A DNA stretch of 64,000 nt from Squalus acanthias (Eukaryota): NCBI GenBank assembly GCA_030390025.1, contig CM059425.1, positions 261,082,001 to 261,146,000 of the forward strand. Direction: 5' to 3'. This document shows positions 1 to 12,494 of the stretch, piece by piece. A program made the translations under genes and the position numbers. The stretch's first letter is position 1. Each line of letters begins with the position of its first letter. The notes below the pieces were generated by a model that saw only the letters and a program-made list of their open reading frames with translations, did no database searches and was not told the DNA's origin.

Positions 1-157
1 TCTGAGCCACCTCCCTCCACACTCAACCGTACTCGCGCGGCAAAGGCCTCCTGCCACTCTCAGGGAAGAGTATAGATCTTCTGCGCTCCACCGTGTCAAC
101 CAGAGCATCCAAGGCCCGCTCGCTGAAGCGCTGAGCTCGTTCTCTCAGCCTCTCCAT
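1..157 (-). pseudogene. Myb/SANT-like DNA-binding ORF fragment (Harbinger second gene), disrupted, runs off the window
   Basis: Minus strand from ATG at 157 reads MERLRERAQRFSERALDALVDTVERRRSILFPESGRRP..., the R-x-x-R-F-S...L...V...LF pattern of Myb/SANT (NAIF1/MSANTD-like) proteins of PIF/Harbinger elements. Confidence 0.6.
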
Positions 158-384
158 AGTCCTTGGCTGGAAGATTTAAGCACGGGTCTCTCCAGGCCAA
201 GATTCAAGGCTCCTATGAGCAGGGTGTGGCTGGAGTGCAAGATCGACCCTCCCCTTTAAGAACTGTCCGGCGCCAGTGTGTCTATGTTCCATCGCTAACT
301 GACAGCACCTGCGCTGCGCCTACGCTCTGAGTTAGCACCTCGCTCCTCGGCCTTTGCGCCTTAATACAGGTGTGCAGCGCCTAC

Positions 385-2246
385 ATACCTGTTCCTCTAT
401 CTCCCCCTGACTGTTTGGGGGCCAAAAGTACACGCCCAGCAAAGTGCTTGCCCCCTTTTTGTTTTTAAGTTCTACCCATGTGGCCTCATTAGAGGAACCT
501 GCTGAGATATCATCCCTCCTTACAGCAGTAATTGACTCCTTGATTAATATTGCGACACACCCTCCTCTTTTACACCCCCCTCTGTCTCGCCTGAAGATTC
601 TATACCCCGGAATATTGAGCTGCCAGTCCTGCCCCTCCCTCAACCACGTCTCTGTGATAGCAACAATATCATACTCCCATATGTTCATCAACAATTCAAT
701 TCATCTGCCTTACTCGCAAGACTCCTTGCATTAAAATAAATGCCATCCAGCCTTGCCATACTCCCTTGTGCCGTTACATATTTGCTCTGCCTTCCAGGCT
801 GACTTGTTTTTTCCTCTATATTTGGCTGTGCAACACCCCCTACTATAGCTCCACTCCGTATCCCATCCCCCTGCCAAGTTAGTTTAAACACCCCCCAACA
901 GTACTAGCAAACCTCCCCGCAAGGATGTTGGTCCCGTTCCGGTTCAGGTGCAAACCGTCTGACTTGTACAGGTCCCACCTTCCCCAGAAGCAGACCCAGT
1001 GATCCAGGAAACTAAAGCCCTCCCTCCTGCACCAACTCTTTAGCCACGCATTCATCTGCTCTATCCTCCTATTCCTATACTCACTAGCACGTGGCACCGG
1101 GAGTAATCCAGAGATTACAACCTTTGAGGTCCTACTTTTTATTCTGCTACCTAGCTCCCTAAATTCTTGTTGCAGGACCTCATCCCTCTTTCTACCCATG
1201 TCGTTGGTACCAATGTGAACCACGACCTCTGACTGTTCGCCCTCCCCCTTCAGAATGCCCTGCAGCCGTTCAGTGACATCCTTGACCCTGGCACCAGGGT
1301 GGCAACATATCATCCTGGAGTCACGTCTGCGGCCACAGAAACGTCTATCTGTTCCCCTTACGATAGAATTCCCTATCACTATTGCTCTCCCATTCTTTTT
1401 CCTCCCCTCCTGTGCAGCTGAGCCACGTGTAGTGCCATGGGCTTGGCTCTTGCTGCATTCCCCATCAGTGTCCAAAACGTAAAATCTGTTGGAGAGGGAG
1501 ATGGACCCAGGGAACTCCTGCACTACCTTCCTAGTTCTTTTACTCTGTCTGGCGGTCACCCATTCCCTGTCTGCCTGTGCACTCTTTATCTGTGGTGTGA
1601 CCTCGTTAAACATGCTATCCACGAAGATCTCAGCTTTGCGGATGCTCCACAGTGACTCCAGCCGCAGCTCCAGCTCCGAAATGCAGATTTCGAGTAGCTG
1701 CAGCTGGAGACACTTCCTGCACATGTGTTCACCCTGGACACTGAAAGTGTCCCTGACTTCCCACATAGCACAGGAGGAGCACTCCACGCAGCCGAGCTGC
1801 CTTGCCATGTCCTACCCTTAATTTACTACCTTTACTTCCTTTAAATTAAAGAATATTAAATACACTAGGGACCTTACTTCCCTTTAAACACTACTTACTC
1901 TAAACTAGAGACCTTACTTTTACTTCAACGACTGGACTGTAGAAATACTCACCAGATCCTACTTACCAATCAGCTCCTTCCCTGGTTGTGACGTCACTTT
2001 AGCGGTTTCGCAGTTGTTGTTGTTTGACTGCTTCCGCTCTCGGACTCTTTCCTTGGTGTAAAGTAAGAACCAATTCCCAACTCGCAGCACTCTGTTTAAA
2101 CCGCACTCAGGGCTCCACCCAGGGCCGCTCTCGCTGCAGCTACCGCCGGTGAGTCTGGGCCGCTCTCTCTCTCCCCCGCTCTTTAAATCCTCGGTCTCTG
2201 CGCTCGGTCTCCACCCAGGGCTGCTCTCGCTGCAGCTACCGCCGGG
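385..2246 (-). mobile_element. CR1 LINE, 5' half (5' UTR, ORF1, start of ORF2 endonuclease)
   Basis: ORF1 879-1808; APE motifs YFNARS and YDIVAITETWL at 332-760; GC-rich 5' UTR with a duplicated ~35-bp unit (about 2114-2148 and 2209-2246). Confidence 0.92.
879..1808 (-). CDS. CR1 ORF1p: CxxC..CxxC zinc finger, coiled coil, SGNH esterase; intact 309 aa
   Basis: CSSC/CRKC, heptad LQLLEICISELELRLESL, IGNSIVR (GDS block with D>N), HIGTND, DGLHL. Confidence 0.88.
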   Translation of the reverse strand: MARQLGCVECSSCAMWEVRDTFSVQGEHMCRKCLQLQLLEICISELELRLESLWSIRKAEIFVDSMFNEVTPQIKSAQADREWVTARQSKRTRKVVQEFPGSISLSNRFYVLDTDGECSKSQAHGTTRGSAAQEGRKKNGRAIVIGNSIVRGTDRRFCGRRRDSRMICCHPGARVKDVTERLQGILKGEGEQSEVVVHIGTNDMGRKRDEVLQQEFRELGSRIKSRTSKVVISGLLPVPRASEYRNRRIEQMNAWLKSWCRREGFSFLDHWVCFWGRWDLYKSDGLHLNRNGTNILAGRFASTVGGCLN

Positions 2247-3403
2247 ATAAGGTCCCACACAAGAGGTTGGTGAACAAAATTAGGGCACATGGAATTGGGG
2301 GTAATATACTAGCATGGATTGAGAATTGGTTAACAGACAGAAAACAAAGAGTAGGGATAAACGGGTCTTTTTCAGGATGGCAGGCTGTGACTAGTGAGGT
2401 ACCGCAAGGATCAGTGCTTAGGCCCCAGCTATTCGCCATCTATATCAATGATTTGGATGAGGGGACTAAATGTAACATTTCCAAATTTGCTGATGATACA
2501 AAGCTAGGTGGCAGTGTCAGTTGCGAAGAGGATGTGAAGAGGCTTCAAGGGGATCTCGACAGGCTCAGTGAGTGGGCGAGAACATGGCAGATGGAATATA
2601 ATGTGGATGAATGTGAAGTTATCCACTTTGGTAGAAAAAACAGAAAGGCAGAGTATTTCCTAAATGGTGAAAGATTGGGGAATGCAGATGCTCAAAGGGA
2701 CCTGGGTGTCCTTGTACATGAGTCACTGAAAGTGAATGTGCAGGTGCAGCAAGCCATTAGGAAGGCAAATGGTATGCTGGCCTTCATTACAAGAGGATTT
2801 GAGTACAGGAGTAAAGAAGTCTTACTCCAATTATATGGGGCCTGCACCTGGAGTACTGTGTACAATTTTGGTCTCGTTACCTAAGGAAGGATATACTTGC
2901 CATAGAGGGAGTGCAACGAAGGTTCACGAGATTGATTCCTGGGATGGCAGGACTGTCGTATGAGAAGAAATTGAGTAAACTAGGCCTGTATTCTCTTGAA
3001 TTCAGAAGAATGAGAGGGGACCTCATTGAAACATACAAAATTATTACAGGGCTTGATAGGATGGATGCTGGGAGAATGTTTCCCTTGGCTGGGGAGTCTA
3101 GAACCAGAGGCCACAGCCTCAAGATAAAGGGTAGGCCATTCAGGACTGAGATGAGAAGAAATTTCTTCACACAGAGGGTGGTGAATCTTTGGAATTCTCT
3201 ACCCCAGAGGGCTGTGGAGGCTCAGTCATTGGGTATATTCAAAACAGAAGTCGATAGATTTCTGACACGTAAGGGCATCAAGGGATATGGCGATAGGGCC
3301 GGTGAATGGAGTTGAGGCAGAAGATCAGCCATGATCTCATTGAATGGCGGAGCAGGCTCGAAGGGCCAAATGGCCTAATCCTGCTCCTATTTCTTATGTT
3401 CCT
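2247..3403 (+). mobile_element. CR1 LINE 3' fragment (RT C-terminus and 3' UTR)
   Basis: VPQGSVL, KFADDTKL, RRMRGDLIETYK, FFTQRVVNLWN; 3' stem-loop and TTCTTATGTT tail. Confidence 0.92.
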
Positions 3404-3655
3404 TTCCCCAGTGGCTGCAGCTTGGGAGAAGGAAGGCTGCTGAGCTTCCATTGAGGAAGACACTGCAGATTGCCTTGGAGGATGAACTCGAGCACCACTG
3501 GGTCTCGAGGGCCCGGCTGCAGACTGCACCATGTCAGCCTGGGCTGCAGCATCCTGGGCCAGCTGGCTGACAGCTAACAGCAAGGGCACTGTCAGCGGCA
3601 GGGGTGGGAGCAGGAATGCTGTCACCCTGAGAGGGGATAGCAGGTTCCTCTTCCA

Positions 3656-4541
3656 ATGATGGTACTGGCACTACTCTTGTTAGCAAAGCATTGGAGTCGA
3701 CCTTGGGAAGTGTACCCGTTAAAGTCTATCGAAGTGAGTAAAGACCCTGGAATAGGCCCGATACATAAACAATACGAAGAATACACACGCCATCTGATAA
3801 AGAATGCCGGGACTTGGATAGTACCGGACATAGAGTGCTGCACGCTAAAAGGGACCACTTGAGTTTGTAGGTGTGATGTGCTGCAAAAATATACTAATTC
3901 CAGCTTGCGGGTTCAAAAACAATGAGGAATCACCCAATTGTAAGATGAGTCGAAGACTTTGGGAAGAGGAACCAACTAATATAGCCTACAAAGGGAAGGA
4001 AAGATACTGTGTGACCACCACAGCTGCTTTTCTGACTGCTGGATTAACAAGATGGCCCATATCGGAACACTGATTCTGTGTGTTTCCAGCTGGGAAAAAC
4101 CCAAATCGGTGATAAAACATTGGTACCGGTACACCATCATAATATGACCCACCTCCAAGTGAGGAGGTTTTGGAGAATGAGACGAATCAAGCAACCTCAC
4201 ACAATGGACATTATATACTCCCTCTATCCCTCAGTTTGAAATCTATAATCTACAGAACTACAACCTCGCAAAAACATACCGTGCATATGCTGCAAGACAA
4301 TAAACAAATCGAACAGACTATTACAAGACTTGGGAATCATGAGTGGTGGGAAGTAGGCACTAGTGTGGAGCTACACCCTTGGGCTAGATTGTTTCCAATG
4401 GGACTGGTGATAGCCCAGATAATAGCGTTAGGGATCCTGGCCATTGCATTATGTCGTGTGAGGAAATCGATGAGGGACATAGAAAATATGGAAAAAGGTA
4501 AGGAGATAGCAAGGGCACTAAGAGGAAGCCAGGATTATTAA
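3656..4541 (+). pseudogene. Decayed envelope/fusion glycoprotein (C-terminal half) of an LTR retroelement
   Basis: Joined frames give a Cys-rich ectodomain (PDIECC..VCRC..ACG..NC..YCVTT..FC), a heptad-like stretch, WW membrane-proximal motif, TM segment LVIAQIIALGILAIALC and a short tail; stops and frameshifts present. Confidence 0.6.
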
Positions 4542-4585
4542 AGACAAAGAAGGGTTTAAAACAGTTTGCTAAGAGGTAACCCATC

Positions 4586-4785
4586 GGGGAAAAAAGAAAA
4601 AAAAAGTAGGACATGTTGGCGTATGGAACTCTGTTAATTCGGCTTCAGCAAGGTGTTCAGTGTTAGTTCATTCAATATAGAGCAAAAATGGTGGGTGGCT
4701 TCATTAGAGAGAGCAAGAGAGAGAGAGATACAGATTGAACTTAGCAACAACCAATGTTCAAGATTGAAGTATGGCCTTGGGATGT
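4586..4785 (+). mobile_element. Polypurine tract and start of a probable 3' LTR
   Basis: GGGGAAAAAAGAAAAAAAAAGTAGGA followed by TGTTGG at 4614, directly after the env-like stop; cut off by a LINE fragment at about 4790. Confidence 0.45.
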
Positions 4786-4789
4786 TTAT

Positions 4790-5385
4790 AGTATTGCCCT
4801 TGAGAAGTTGGTGGTGAGCCGCCATCTTGAACAGCTACAGTTAGTGTGATGAAGGTACTTCCACAGTGCTGTTAGGTAGTGAGTTGCAGGATTTTGACAC
4901 AGCGATGATGAAGGAACGGCGATATATTTCCAAGTCGGGATGGTGTGTGACTTGGAGGGAAACTTGGAGGTGATGGTGTCCCCATGCACCTGCTGCCCTT
5001 GTCCTTCTAGGTGGAAGCGGTCACGGGTTTGGAAGGTGCTGTCAAAGAAACCTTGGCGAGTTAATGCAGTGCATCTTGTAGATGGTACACACTGCAGCCA
5101 CGGTGTGCCGGTGGTGGAGGGAGTGAATGTTTAAGGTGGTTGATGGGATGCCAATCGAGCGGGCTGCGTTGTCTTGGATGGTGTCGAGCCTCTTGAGTGT
5201 TGTTGGAGCTGCACTCATCCAGGCAAGTGGAGAGTATTCCATCACACTCCTGACTTGTGCCTTGTAGATGGTGGAAAGGCTTTGGGGAGTACCTAGCCTC
5301 TGACCTGCTCTTGTAGCTACAGTATTTATTTGGAGGTCCAGTTACGTTTCTGGTCAATGATGACTCCCACGATGTTGATGGTGGG
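4790..5385 (-). mobile_element. Second CR1-clade LINE family, 3' fragment
   Basis: MEYSPLAWMSAAPTTL..LDTIQ..AAR..HSLHHR motif; same family at 9320-9970, 17300-17430, 24342-25270 and 27916-29147. Confidence 0.8.
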
Positions 5386-6875
5386 GGAATTCTTCCTCCT
5401 CTTCTTTATCCTCCTCCACCTCAGCTGGTCGCCGTATGCCTGGTGGCAAGGGCTGTGCCCTCATGATGGTGAGGTTGAGGTGCATGCACGACGCATCTTG
5501 AGACGCTTTCTGGTGAGTACTGCAGGGCTCCTCCAGAGCGATCCAGGCAGCGGAAGAGCTGTTTAAGCACGCCAATGGTCTCTTCTATCAGATTTCGTGC
5601 AGCAGCATAGCTGTCATTGAACACATGCTGGCTACGTGTGGTTGGGTTGTGAAGCGGAGTCATGAGCCATCCTCTGGTTTGTCTTGGTGGCTCAATGACT
5701 GAGGGAACAGCGGACTGGTGCAGAATAAAAGCATCATTTCTGTTGCCAGGACACCGGGTATTCACTATCATGATATCTGGAGCATGGTCACACACCAACT
5801 GAACATTCAGCGAGTGATAACCTTTGCGGTTGCGGTACATCTCAACATTTAGATGCGGCACCTGCAAAGCCACGCACGTGCAGTCGATGGTGCCCTGCAC
5901 CATGGGGAAGCCCAGTATCCTGGCAAAGCCACGTGTACATTCCGCCTGCTTCTCTCTGGTCAGAGAAAGACAATGAAGTCCCCTCTCCTGGCATAAAGAG
6001 CGTCTGTCACCTCTCTTATGCAGCAGTGGACGGTGAACTGGGAGATATTACAGATGTCGCCTGCTCCAGCCTGGAAGGATCCCAATGCAAGGAAGTTCAG
6101 GGCCACGGTCACCTTCACTGCCACTGCCAGCGCTGTCCCTGCCCTGGAGTGAGGCTGGAGGTCTGGTTGTAAGATGTGGAAGAGTTCTGTGAGCACCTCC
6201 TTCATATTGCGCAGATGCCTCACACACTGCTCCTTGCTCAGGCTGAGGTAAGAGAATTGCTCTCGGAATACCCTAGGTGGATAAGCCTCCTGCTGAGAGC
6301 CCTTCTCCCCCTCCTCCTCCTCCCTCTACAAGCAACTTGTCCTCTTCTTTGCTGCCTTTGCTCTATCTCCCTGTCATGCTGCAGGCCAAGGGTGATGACA
6401 GCTAGAGCACCCATGACTGGGAGCAAGTGGTCTGACCAGAACTCTTGAAGTCAGAATGAAGGCCTTCTCCACTTGCAGCACCACTCCCTGTCACCTCACC
6501 AACTTTAAACAACTCTGGAAAGCTCCAAAACTTCCACAAACTTATACAGTCTGTAGAAATTAATCAGCAACTAATCTGAGAGTGGTTGATGATCCCTTTA
6601 AAAATCACTGGTAGGGGGTCCTTGCTGCTGCTGAACACAGGGCGTTACTTCCAGCGTTGAGGACGAAAATGGCAGCGCTGGCGTCAAATCAGCATTGCAC
6701 GCTGAATGATGTCGCGATCTGCCTACTCTACATACTTCTGGCACATGTTCCCAGCGTCGATGCCAACACCCTCACCAAGGTTGCGTTTGGCGCGCCATGC
6801 ACCAGAAGTGTTTGCGGGCAGCGCGGACGCCATTTTTGTCACAAAACGGCACCCGGGAGCCAAATTTTTTGCCCC
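5385..6875 (-). mobile_element. PIF/Harbinger transposon with a decayed HARBI1-like DDE transposase
   Basis: VKVTVALNFLALGSFQ, GTIDCT, NRKGYHSLNVQLVCD, RNLIEETIGVLKQLFRCL across frameshifted ORFs; terminus GGGGCAAAAAATT at about 6875 abuts a CR1. Confidence 0.85.
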
Positions 6876-7238
6876 TTTACTCTTATACTCTAATCCTTTT
6901 GTAATAAAGGCTAACAAACCATTTGCTTTCCTAATTGCCTGCATGTTAACTTTCAGTGATTCGTGTACATGGACACCAAGGTCCCTCTGAACACCAACAT
7001 TTCCCAATCTCTCACCATTTAAAGAATACTCTGCTTTTCTATTTTTCTGACCAAAGTGGATAACTTCACATTTCTCCACATTATATTCCATCTGCCATGT
7101 TCTTGCCCACTCGCTTAGCCTGTCTATATCCCTTTGCAGCCTCTTTGCGCCCTCCGCACAACTTACTTTCCCACCTAGCTTTGTATTGTCAGCAAACTTG
7201 GATACATTACACTCAGCCCCCTCATCTAAGTCATTAAT

Positions 7239-7984
7239 GGCCTGTATTTTCCGATCGCAGGCCTCCCACGTGCGGAGGCCTACGATCTGGAAAATCTACG
7301 CCCTTACCTGAGGGCTCCCAGGACGCACACACTTCCGATCCTGGGCCTCTCCAAACTCCAAGTGCGCAGGGCCCACGTATCCCAGAGGCGCAGGCAATTC
7401 GCAGCGTCCCTGGGATCACGTGGGCCATGGGGAGCCAATCAAAGAAGGGAAACTCCCTTCATACACTTGACAGGAAGACCTGTCAAATATAGGAATGGAG
7501 ATCACCCCAAAAACATAGTAAAACTTTAAATAAATTTTAAAAAAACATCAAATTTTTAAAATAACTTGAAATTACAATAAAGTAAATATTTTAAACAAAA
7601 ATTTAAATTTTTGAAAAAAATAATTCACGTTTTTTATGGGGCTAAAAATAAACTTTTTTAAAAGGTATTTTTAAATGATAAATCAGTGAAAAATTTTTTG
7701 GTTAACTTTTTTCAACTCTTATCCTGGTAAAAGCAGGCCTTACGCCTGCTTTTACCAGGCGTAAGAATTGTAAGGGTTTTCTGCGGGCGGAGGGTCTCCA
7801 AAAAGCGGAACTATCCACCCGCAGAGGCCCTTCTCCAGGGCAGCCGGCGGATCTGTCAAGAGCATTCTTGACAGATCGGAAATGCCAGTTTTCAGCACGT
7901 GCGCTGTGCATGCCTGAAACCGGCATTTCTGACGTCCCTACGGGTACAGCGCGTACCCACCGTAGGGATCAGAATATCTGGGCC
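7239..7984. mobile_element. Non-autonomous DNA transposon (Harbinger-type MITE) with 3-bp TSD
   Basis: Imperfect TIRs GGCCTGTATTTTCCGATC / GATCAGAATATCTGGGCC; TSD AAT (7236-7238, 7985-7987); removing it restores the CR1 sequence. Confidence 0.8.
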
Positions 7985-8254
7985 AATATAGATTTTCAAT
8001 AGCTGAGGCCCAAGCACGGATCTTTGCGGTATCCCACTAGTTACAGCCTGCTAACACAAAAATGAACCGTTTATTCCTACTCTCTGTTTTCTGTCTGTTA
8101 ACCAATCCTCAATCCAAGCTAATATATTACACCCAATCCCATGAGCCCTAATTTTGTGTAATAACCTATTGTGTGGCACCTTATCGAATGTTTGTTGAAA
8201 ATCCAAATATACTGCATCTACTGGTTCCCCCTTATCTACCCTGCTAGATACAAC

Positions 8255-8373
8255 CAGCGTTCCCTCTAAGCTGCACGGCCGCATAGCTCTCTGTTGGTCC
8301 CGCACAGGCCAGGACCGGCTTTTCCAGTGTTAAGTTTCGTGCAAGTGCACCCAAAAAAATTGGGGGCACATTG
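8255..8373. mobile_element. Short hAT-type MITE
   Basis: Ends CAGCGTTCCCTCTAAG ... GGGGGCACATTG; 8-bp TSD GATACAAC/GTTACAAC; related copy at 62842-62995. Confidence 0.75.
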
Positions 8374-9144
8374 GTTACAACCTCAAAAATCTCCAACAGA
8401 TTCGTCAAACACAATTTCCCTTTCATAAATCCTTGTTGACTTTGCCCAATCATATTATAATTTTGCAAGTGCCCTGTTATCACGTCCCTAGGAATAGATT
8501 CTAGCATTTTCCCTACTACTGATGTCAGGCCAACTGGTCTGTAGTTCCCTGTTTTCTCTCTCCCTCCTTTCTTGAACAGCGGGGTTACATTTGCTACTTT
8601 CCAATCCATGGGGACCATTCTAGAATCTAGGGAATTCTGGAAGATCAAAATTAATGCATCCGCTATCTCTGTAGCCATCTCTTTTAGAACCCTAGGATGT
8701 AGGCCAACAGGTCCAGGGAATTTGTTGGCTTTTAGTCCCATTAATTTCTCCAGTACTATTTCTTTACTAATACTAATTTGTTTAAGTTCCTCATTCTCAC
8801 TAGACCTTTGGTTCCCCACTATTTCCAGAATGTTTTTGTGTCTTCTGCCGTGAAGACAGGTACAAAGTATTTGTTTAATGTCTCTGCCATTTCCTTATTC
8901 CCCTATTCCCCATTATAATTTCTCCTGCCTCTGCCTGTAAGGGTCCCACGTTTACTTTCATGTACCGCCCTCCCCATGCCCATTCTCCCCACTAATCAAT
9001 TTAACCCCCATAGAGTTTGATGGACATTCTGACAAATATATTGGAAGCTAATACAGCATCTCTCATTCATAATTGATGCTGTGGTTTATGCCTCTTTATA
9101 GCAGCAGTTATATAAATATCCCTGGTCTGTTAGTCAGCAACACT

Positions 9145-10680
9145 TTCATAGTATCATAGAAAAGTACAGCACAGAAGGAGGCCATTCGGCCCATGGAGTT
9201 TGCGCTGGCTCTTTCAAAGAGCAGTCCAGTTAGTCCCACTCCCCCGCTCTTTCTCCATTTCCCTGCAAATTTTTCTCCTGCAAGTATTTATCCAATTCTC
9301 TTTTGAAGGCTACTATTGAATTTTTTTTTTATTAATTCATGGGATGTGGGCATCGCTGGCAAGGCCAGCATTTATTGCCCATCCCTAATTGCCCTTGAGA
9401 AGGAGGTGGTAAGCCGTCTTCTTGAACCGCTGCTATCCGTGTGGTGAAGGTACTCCCACAGTGCTGTTAGGGAGGGAGTTCCAGGATTTTGACCCAGCGA
9501 CGATGAAGGAACTGCGATATACTTCCAAGTCAGGATGGTGTGTGACTTAGAGGGGAACTTGGTGGTGGTGGTGTTCCCATGCGCCTGCTGCCCTTGTCCT
9601 TCTAGGTGGAAGAGGTCGTGTATTTGGGAGGTGCTGCCGAAGAAGCCTTGGCGAGTTGCTGCAGTGCATCTTGTAAATGGTACACACTGCAGCCACGGTA
9701 CGCCAGTGGTGGAGGGAGCGAATGTTTAAAGTGGTGGATGGGATGCCAATCAAGTGGGCTGCTTTGTCCTGGATGGTGTCGAGCGTCTTGAGTGTTGTTG
9801 GAGCTGCACTCATCCAGGCAAATGGAGAGTATTCCATCACAATCCTGACTTGTGCCTTGTAGATGGTGGAAAGGCTTTGGGAAGTCAGGAGGTGAGAATA
9901 CCATCCTCTGACCTGCTCTTGTTGCCACAGTATTTATGTGGCTGGTCAAGTTAAGTTTCTGGTCCAGTTAACAATCTCCCTCCACCACCCTGTCAGGCAG
10001 TGCATTCAAAATCCTAACCACTCATTGCATAAAAAAGTTTTTCCTCATGTCGCCTCTGGTTCTTTTGCCAATCACCTTAAATCTGTGCCCTCCCGTTATC
10101 GACGCTTCAGCCATTGGAAACAGTCTCTCGTTGTTTACTCTGTCTAAACCCTTCATGATTTTAAACACCTCTATCAAATCTCCTCTTAGCCTTCTCTGCT
10201 CCAAGGAGAACAACCCCAGCTTCTCTAGTCTATCCATGTAACTTTATTCCCTTATCCCTGGAACCGTTGTAGTAAATGTTTTCTGTACCCTCTCCAAAGC
10301 CTTCACGTCCTTCCTAAAGTGTAGTGCCCAGAATTGGACACAATACTCCAGCTGGGGCCGAACTAGTGTTTTATATAGGACTAGCATAACTTCCTGGCTT
10401 TTGTACTCTGTGCCAATATTTTTAAAGCCCAGGATCTCCTATGCTTTATTAACTGCTTTGTTAACCTGTTCTGCCACCTTCAAAGATTTATGCACAAGCA
10501 CCTCCAGGTCTCTCTGTTCTTGCACCCCATTTAAAATTGTACCATTTAGCTTGTATTGTTTCTCCTCATTCTTCCTACCAAAATGTATCACATCATACTT
10601 CTCTGCGTTGAATTTCATCTGCCATGTGTCCACCCATTGCACCAGCCTGTCTATGTCTTGAAGTCTATCACTATCTTTGC
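9145..10680 (-). mobile_element. CR1 3' fragment with a nested LINE fragment (9320-9970)
   Basis: LGLFSLEQRRLRGDLIEVFK, WQMKFNAEK; nested piece ends in a T-run at about 9321. Confidence 0.85.
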
Positions 10681-11649
10681 TCTCCTTTTCTACTTAACAT
10701 AAATGTTCTTCCTGTTACCTACTAAACTCACTTTCGCGGGCTTTTGTTTACAGAGGCTGGTGTCGGGGGCGGAGAGAGCCGAGGCCCAGTGAGTATCTAA
10801 ACTCACTTTCGCGGGCTTTTGTTTGCAGAGGTTTACCAATCTCAGACCGGCGGCGGCGTTCCAGAGCCATGTTACGATTCAAAACGTGACGTGGGCAGGA
10901 GGGACCTGCTGATTGGGTGAGTACGGCAGGTTAGTATTTATACTACTTTATAGTTTGATAGTTAAGGTTCATAGTTTATAAAGTTTCGAAGATCTTAATT
11001 TTGTGATTATAATTTCTAGTGCTCGTAACCAAGGGCCCTTGAGTAATTCATTTAATTGAGTGAAATTGGTGGTATTGATTTGATTTAATTAAAGTTCAAT
11101 TAATTAAAGGGTAAGTCATGGCAGGACAGCCCAGCCCCGTGTTGTGCTCCTCCTGCTCTATGTGGGAAATCAGGGACCCTTCCGGTGTCCCTGACGACCA
11201 TGTGTGCGGGAAGTGTATCCAGCTGCAGCTACTGACAGCCCGCATTGTGGCGCTGGAGCTGCGGCTGGATGCATATTGGAGCATTCGCGATGCTGAGAAC
11301 CTCGTGGATAGCACGTTTAGTGAGTTGGTCACACCGCAGGTGAAGGGTGTACAGGCAGGAAGGGAATGGGTGTCCACCAGGCAGAGTAGGAGGTGCAGGC
11401 AGGTAGTGCAGGGGTCCCCTGTGGCCATCCCCCTCTCAAACAGATATACCGCTTTGGATACTGTTTGGGGGGGATGACTTAGGGGAAGGCAGCAGCAGCC
11501 AACTTCCTGGCACCATGGGCGGCTCTGCTGCACAGGCTGGGAGGAAAAAGAGTGGAAGAGCTATAGTGATAGGGGACTCAATTGTAAGGGGAATACAAAA
11601 ATGAGAAGTCGCACAACACCAGGTTATAGTCCAACAGATTTATTTAATT

Positions 11650-11688
11650 TTACAAGCTTTCGGAGCAGTTCGCTCCTTCGTCAGGTAA
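11650..11688 (-). ncRNA. Minimal hammerhead ribozyme, inverted copy
   Basis: Exact reverse complement of 12456-12494. Confidence 0.72.
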
Positions 11689-12455
11689 GTTTAGCAGTGA
11701 GAGAATCTCCCAGAATTCACAATTTAAACACAGACAAAATATATTCAAATCTTTCCCTACATCAAAGAGCATAGTCAAGACAATGAGATGTGTCCCAGGG
11801 GGTCCAACGTGTCAAACCACCTGCTGGCTGCATATCCTGTCAATCTGTGTAGGTTCTTGTGTTAGCCTTTTTTAAAAAAAAACACCTGGGAAGACCGGCC
11901 ATGATGTCAAGTCACGTTCTGTATCGTGACATGAACCCGATAACGCGATTGAGGCCATCCTCATGAGTGCGGAACTTGGCTATCAGTTTCTGCTCTATGA
12001 TTTTGCGCTGTCGTGTATCTCGAAGGCCGCCTTGGAGAACGCTTACCCGCATATCCGAGGCTTCAGCAGCCAGGGGCATTCAGCCTCGGATATGCGGGTA
12101 AGCGTTCTCCAAGGCGGCCTTCGAGATACACGACAGCGCAAAATCATAGAGCAGAAACTGATAGCCAAGTTCCGCACTCATGAGGATGGCCTCAATCGCG
12201 ATATCGGGTTCATGTCACGATACAGAACGTGACTTGACATCATGGCCGGTCTTCCCAGGTGTTTTTTTTAAAAAAAGGCTAACACAAGAACCTACACAGA
12301 TTGACAGGTTATGCAGCCAGCAGGTGGTTTGACACGTTGGACCCCCTGGGACACATCTCATTGTCTTGACTATGCTCTTTGATGTAGGGAAAGATTTGAA
12401 TATATTTTGTCTGTGTTTAAATTGTGAATTCTGGGAGATTCTCTCACTGCTAAAC

Positions 12456-12494
12456 TTACCTGACGAAGGAGCGAACTGCTCCGAAAGCTTGTAA
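12456..12494 (+). ncRNA. Minimal type I hammerhead ribozyme (Penelope pLTR)
   Basis: TTAC-CTGACGA-A-GGAGC-gaact-GCTCC-GAAA-GCTT-GTAA: CUGANGA and GAAA cores, 5-bp helix II, palindromic AAGCTT helix III, helix I UUAC/GUAA. Confidence 0.75.

Larger units (their letters stand above)
6876..8960 (-). mobile_element. CR1 RT fragment interrupted by two MITEs
   Basis: NYRPVGLTSVVGK, YLDFQQTFDKVPH, MEYNVEKCEVIHFG. Confidence 0.88.

Noticed and set aside
385-1060. Segmental duplication with 37760-38425
   Set aside because: The similarity is confined to CR1 sequence; these are independent copies of one subfamily
5421-6426. Host HARBI1 gene
   Set aside because: Frameshifts, a deletion near the second catalytic Asp and a transposon-like terminus indicate a dead Harbinger copy
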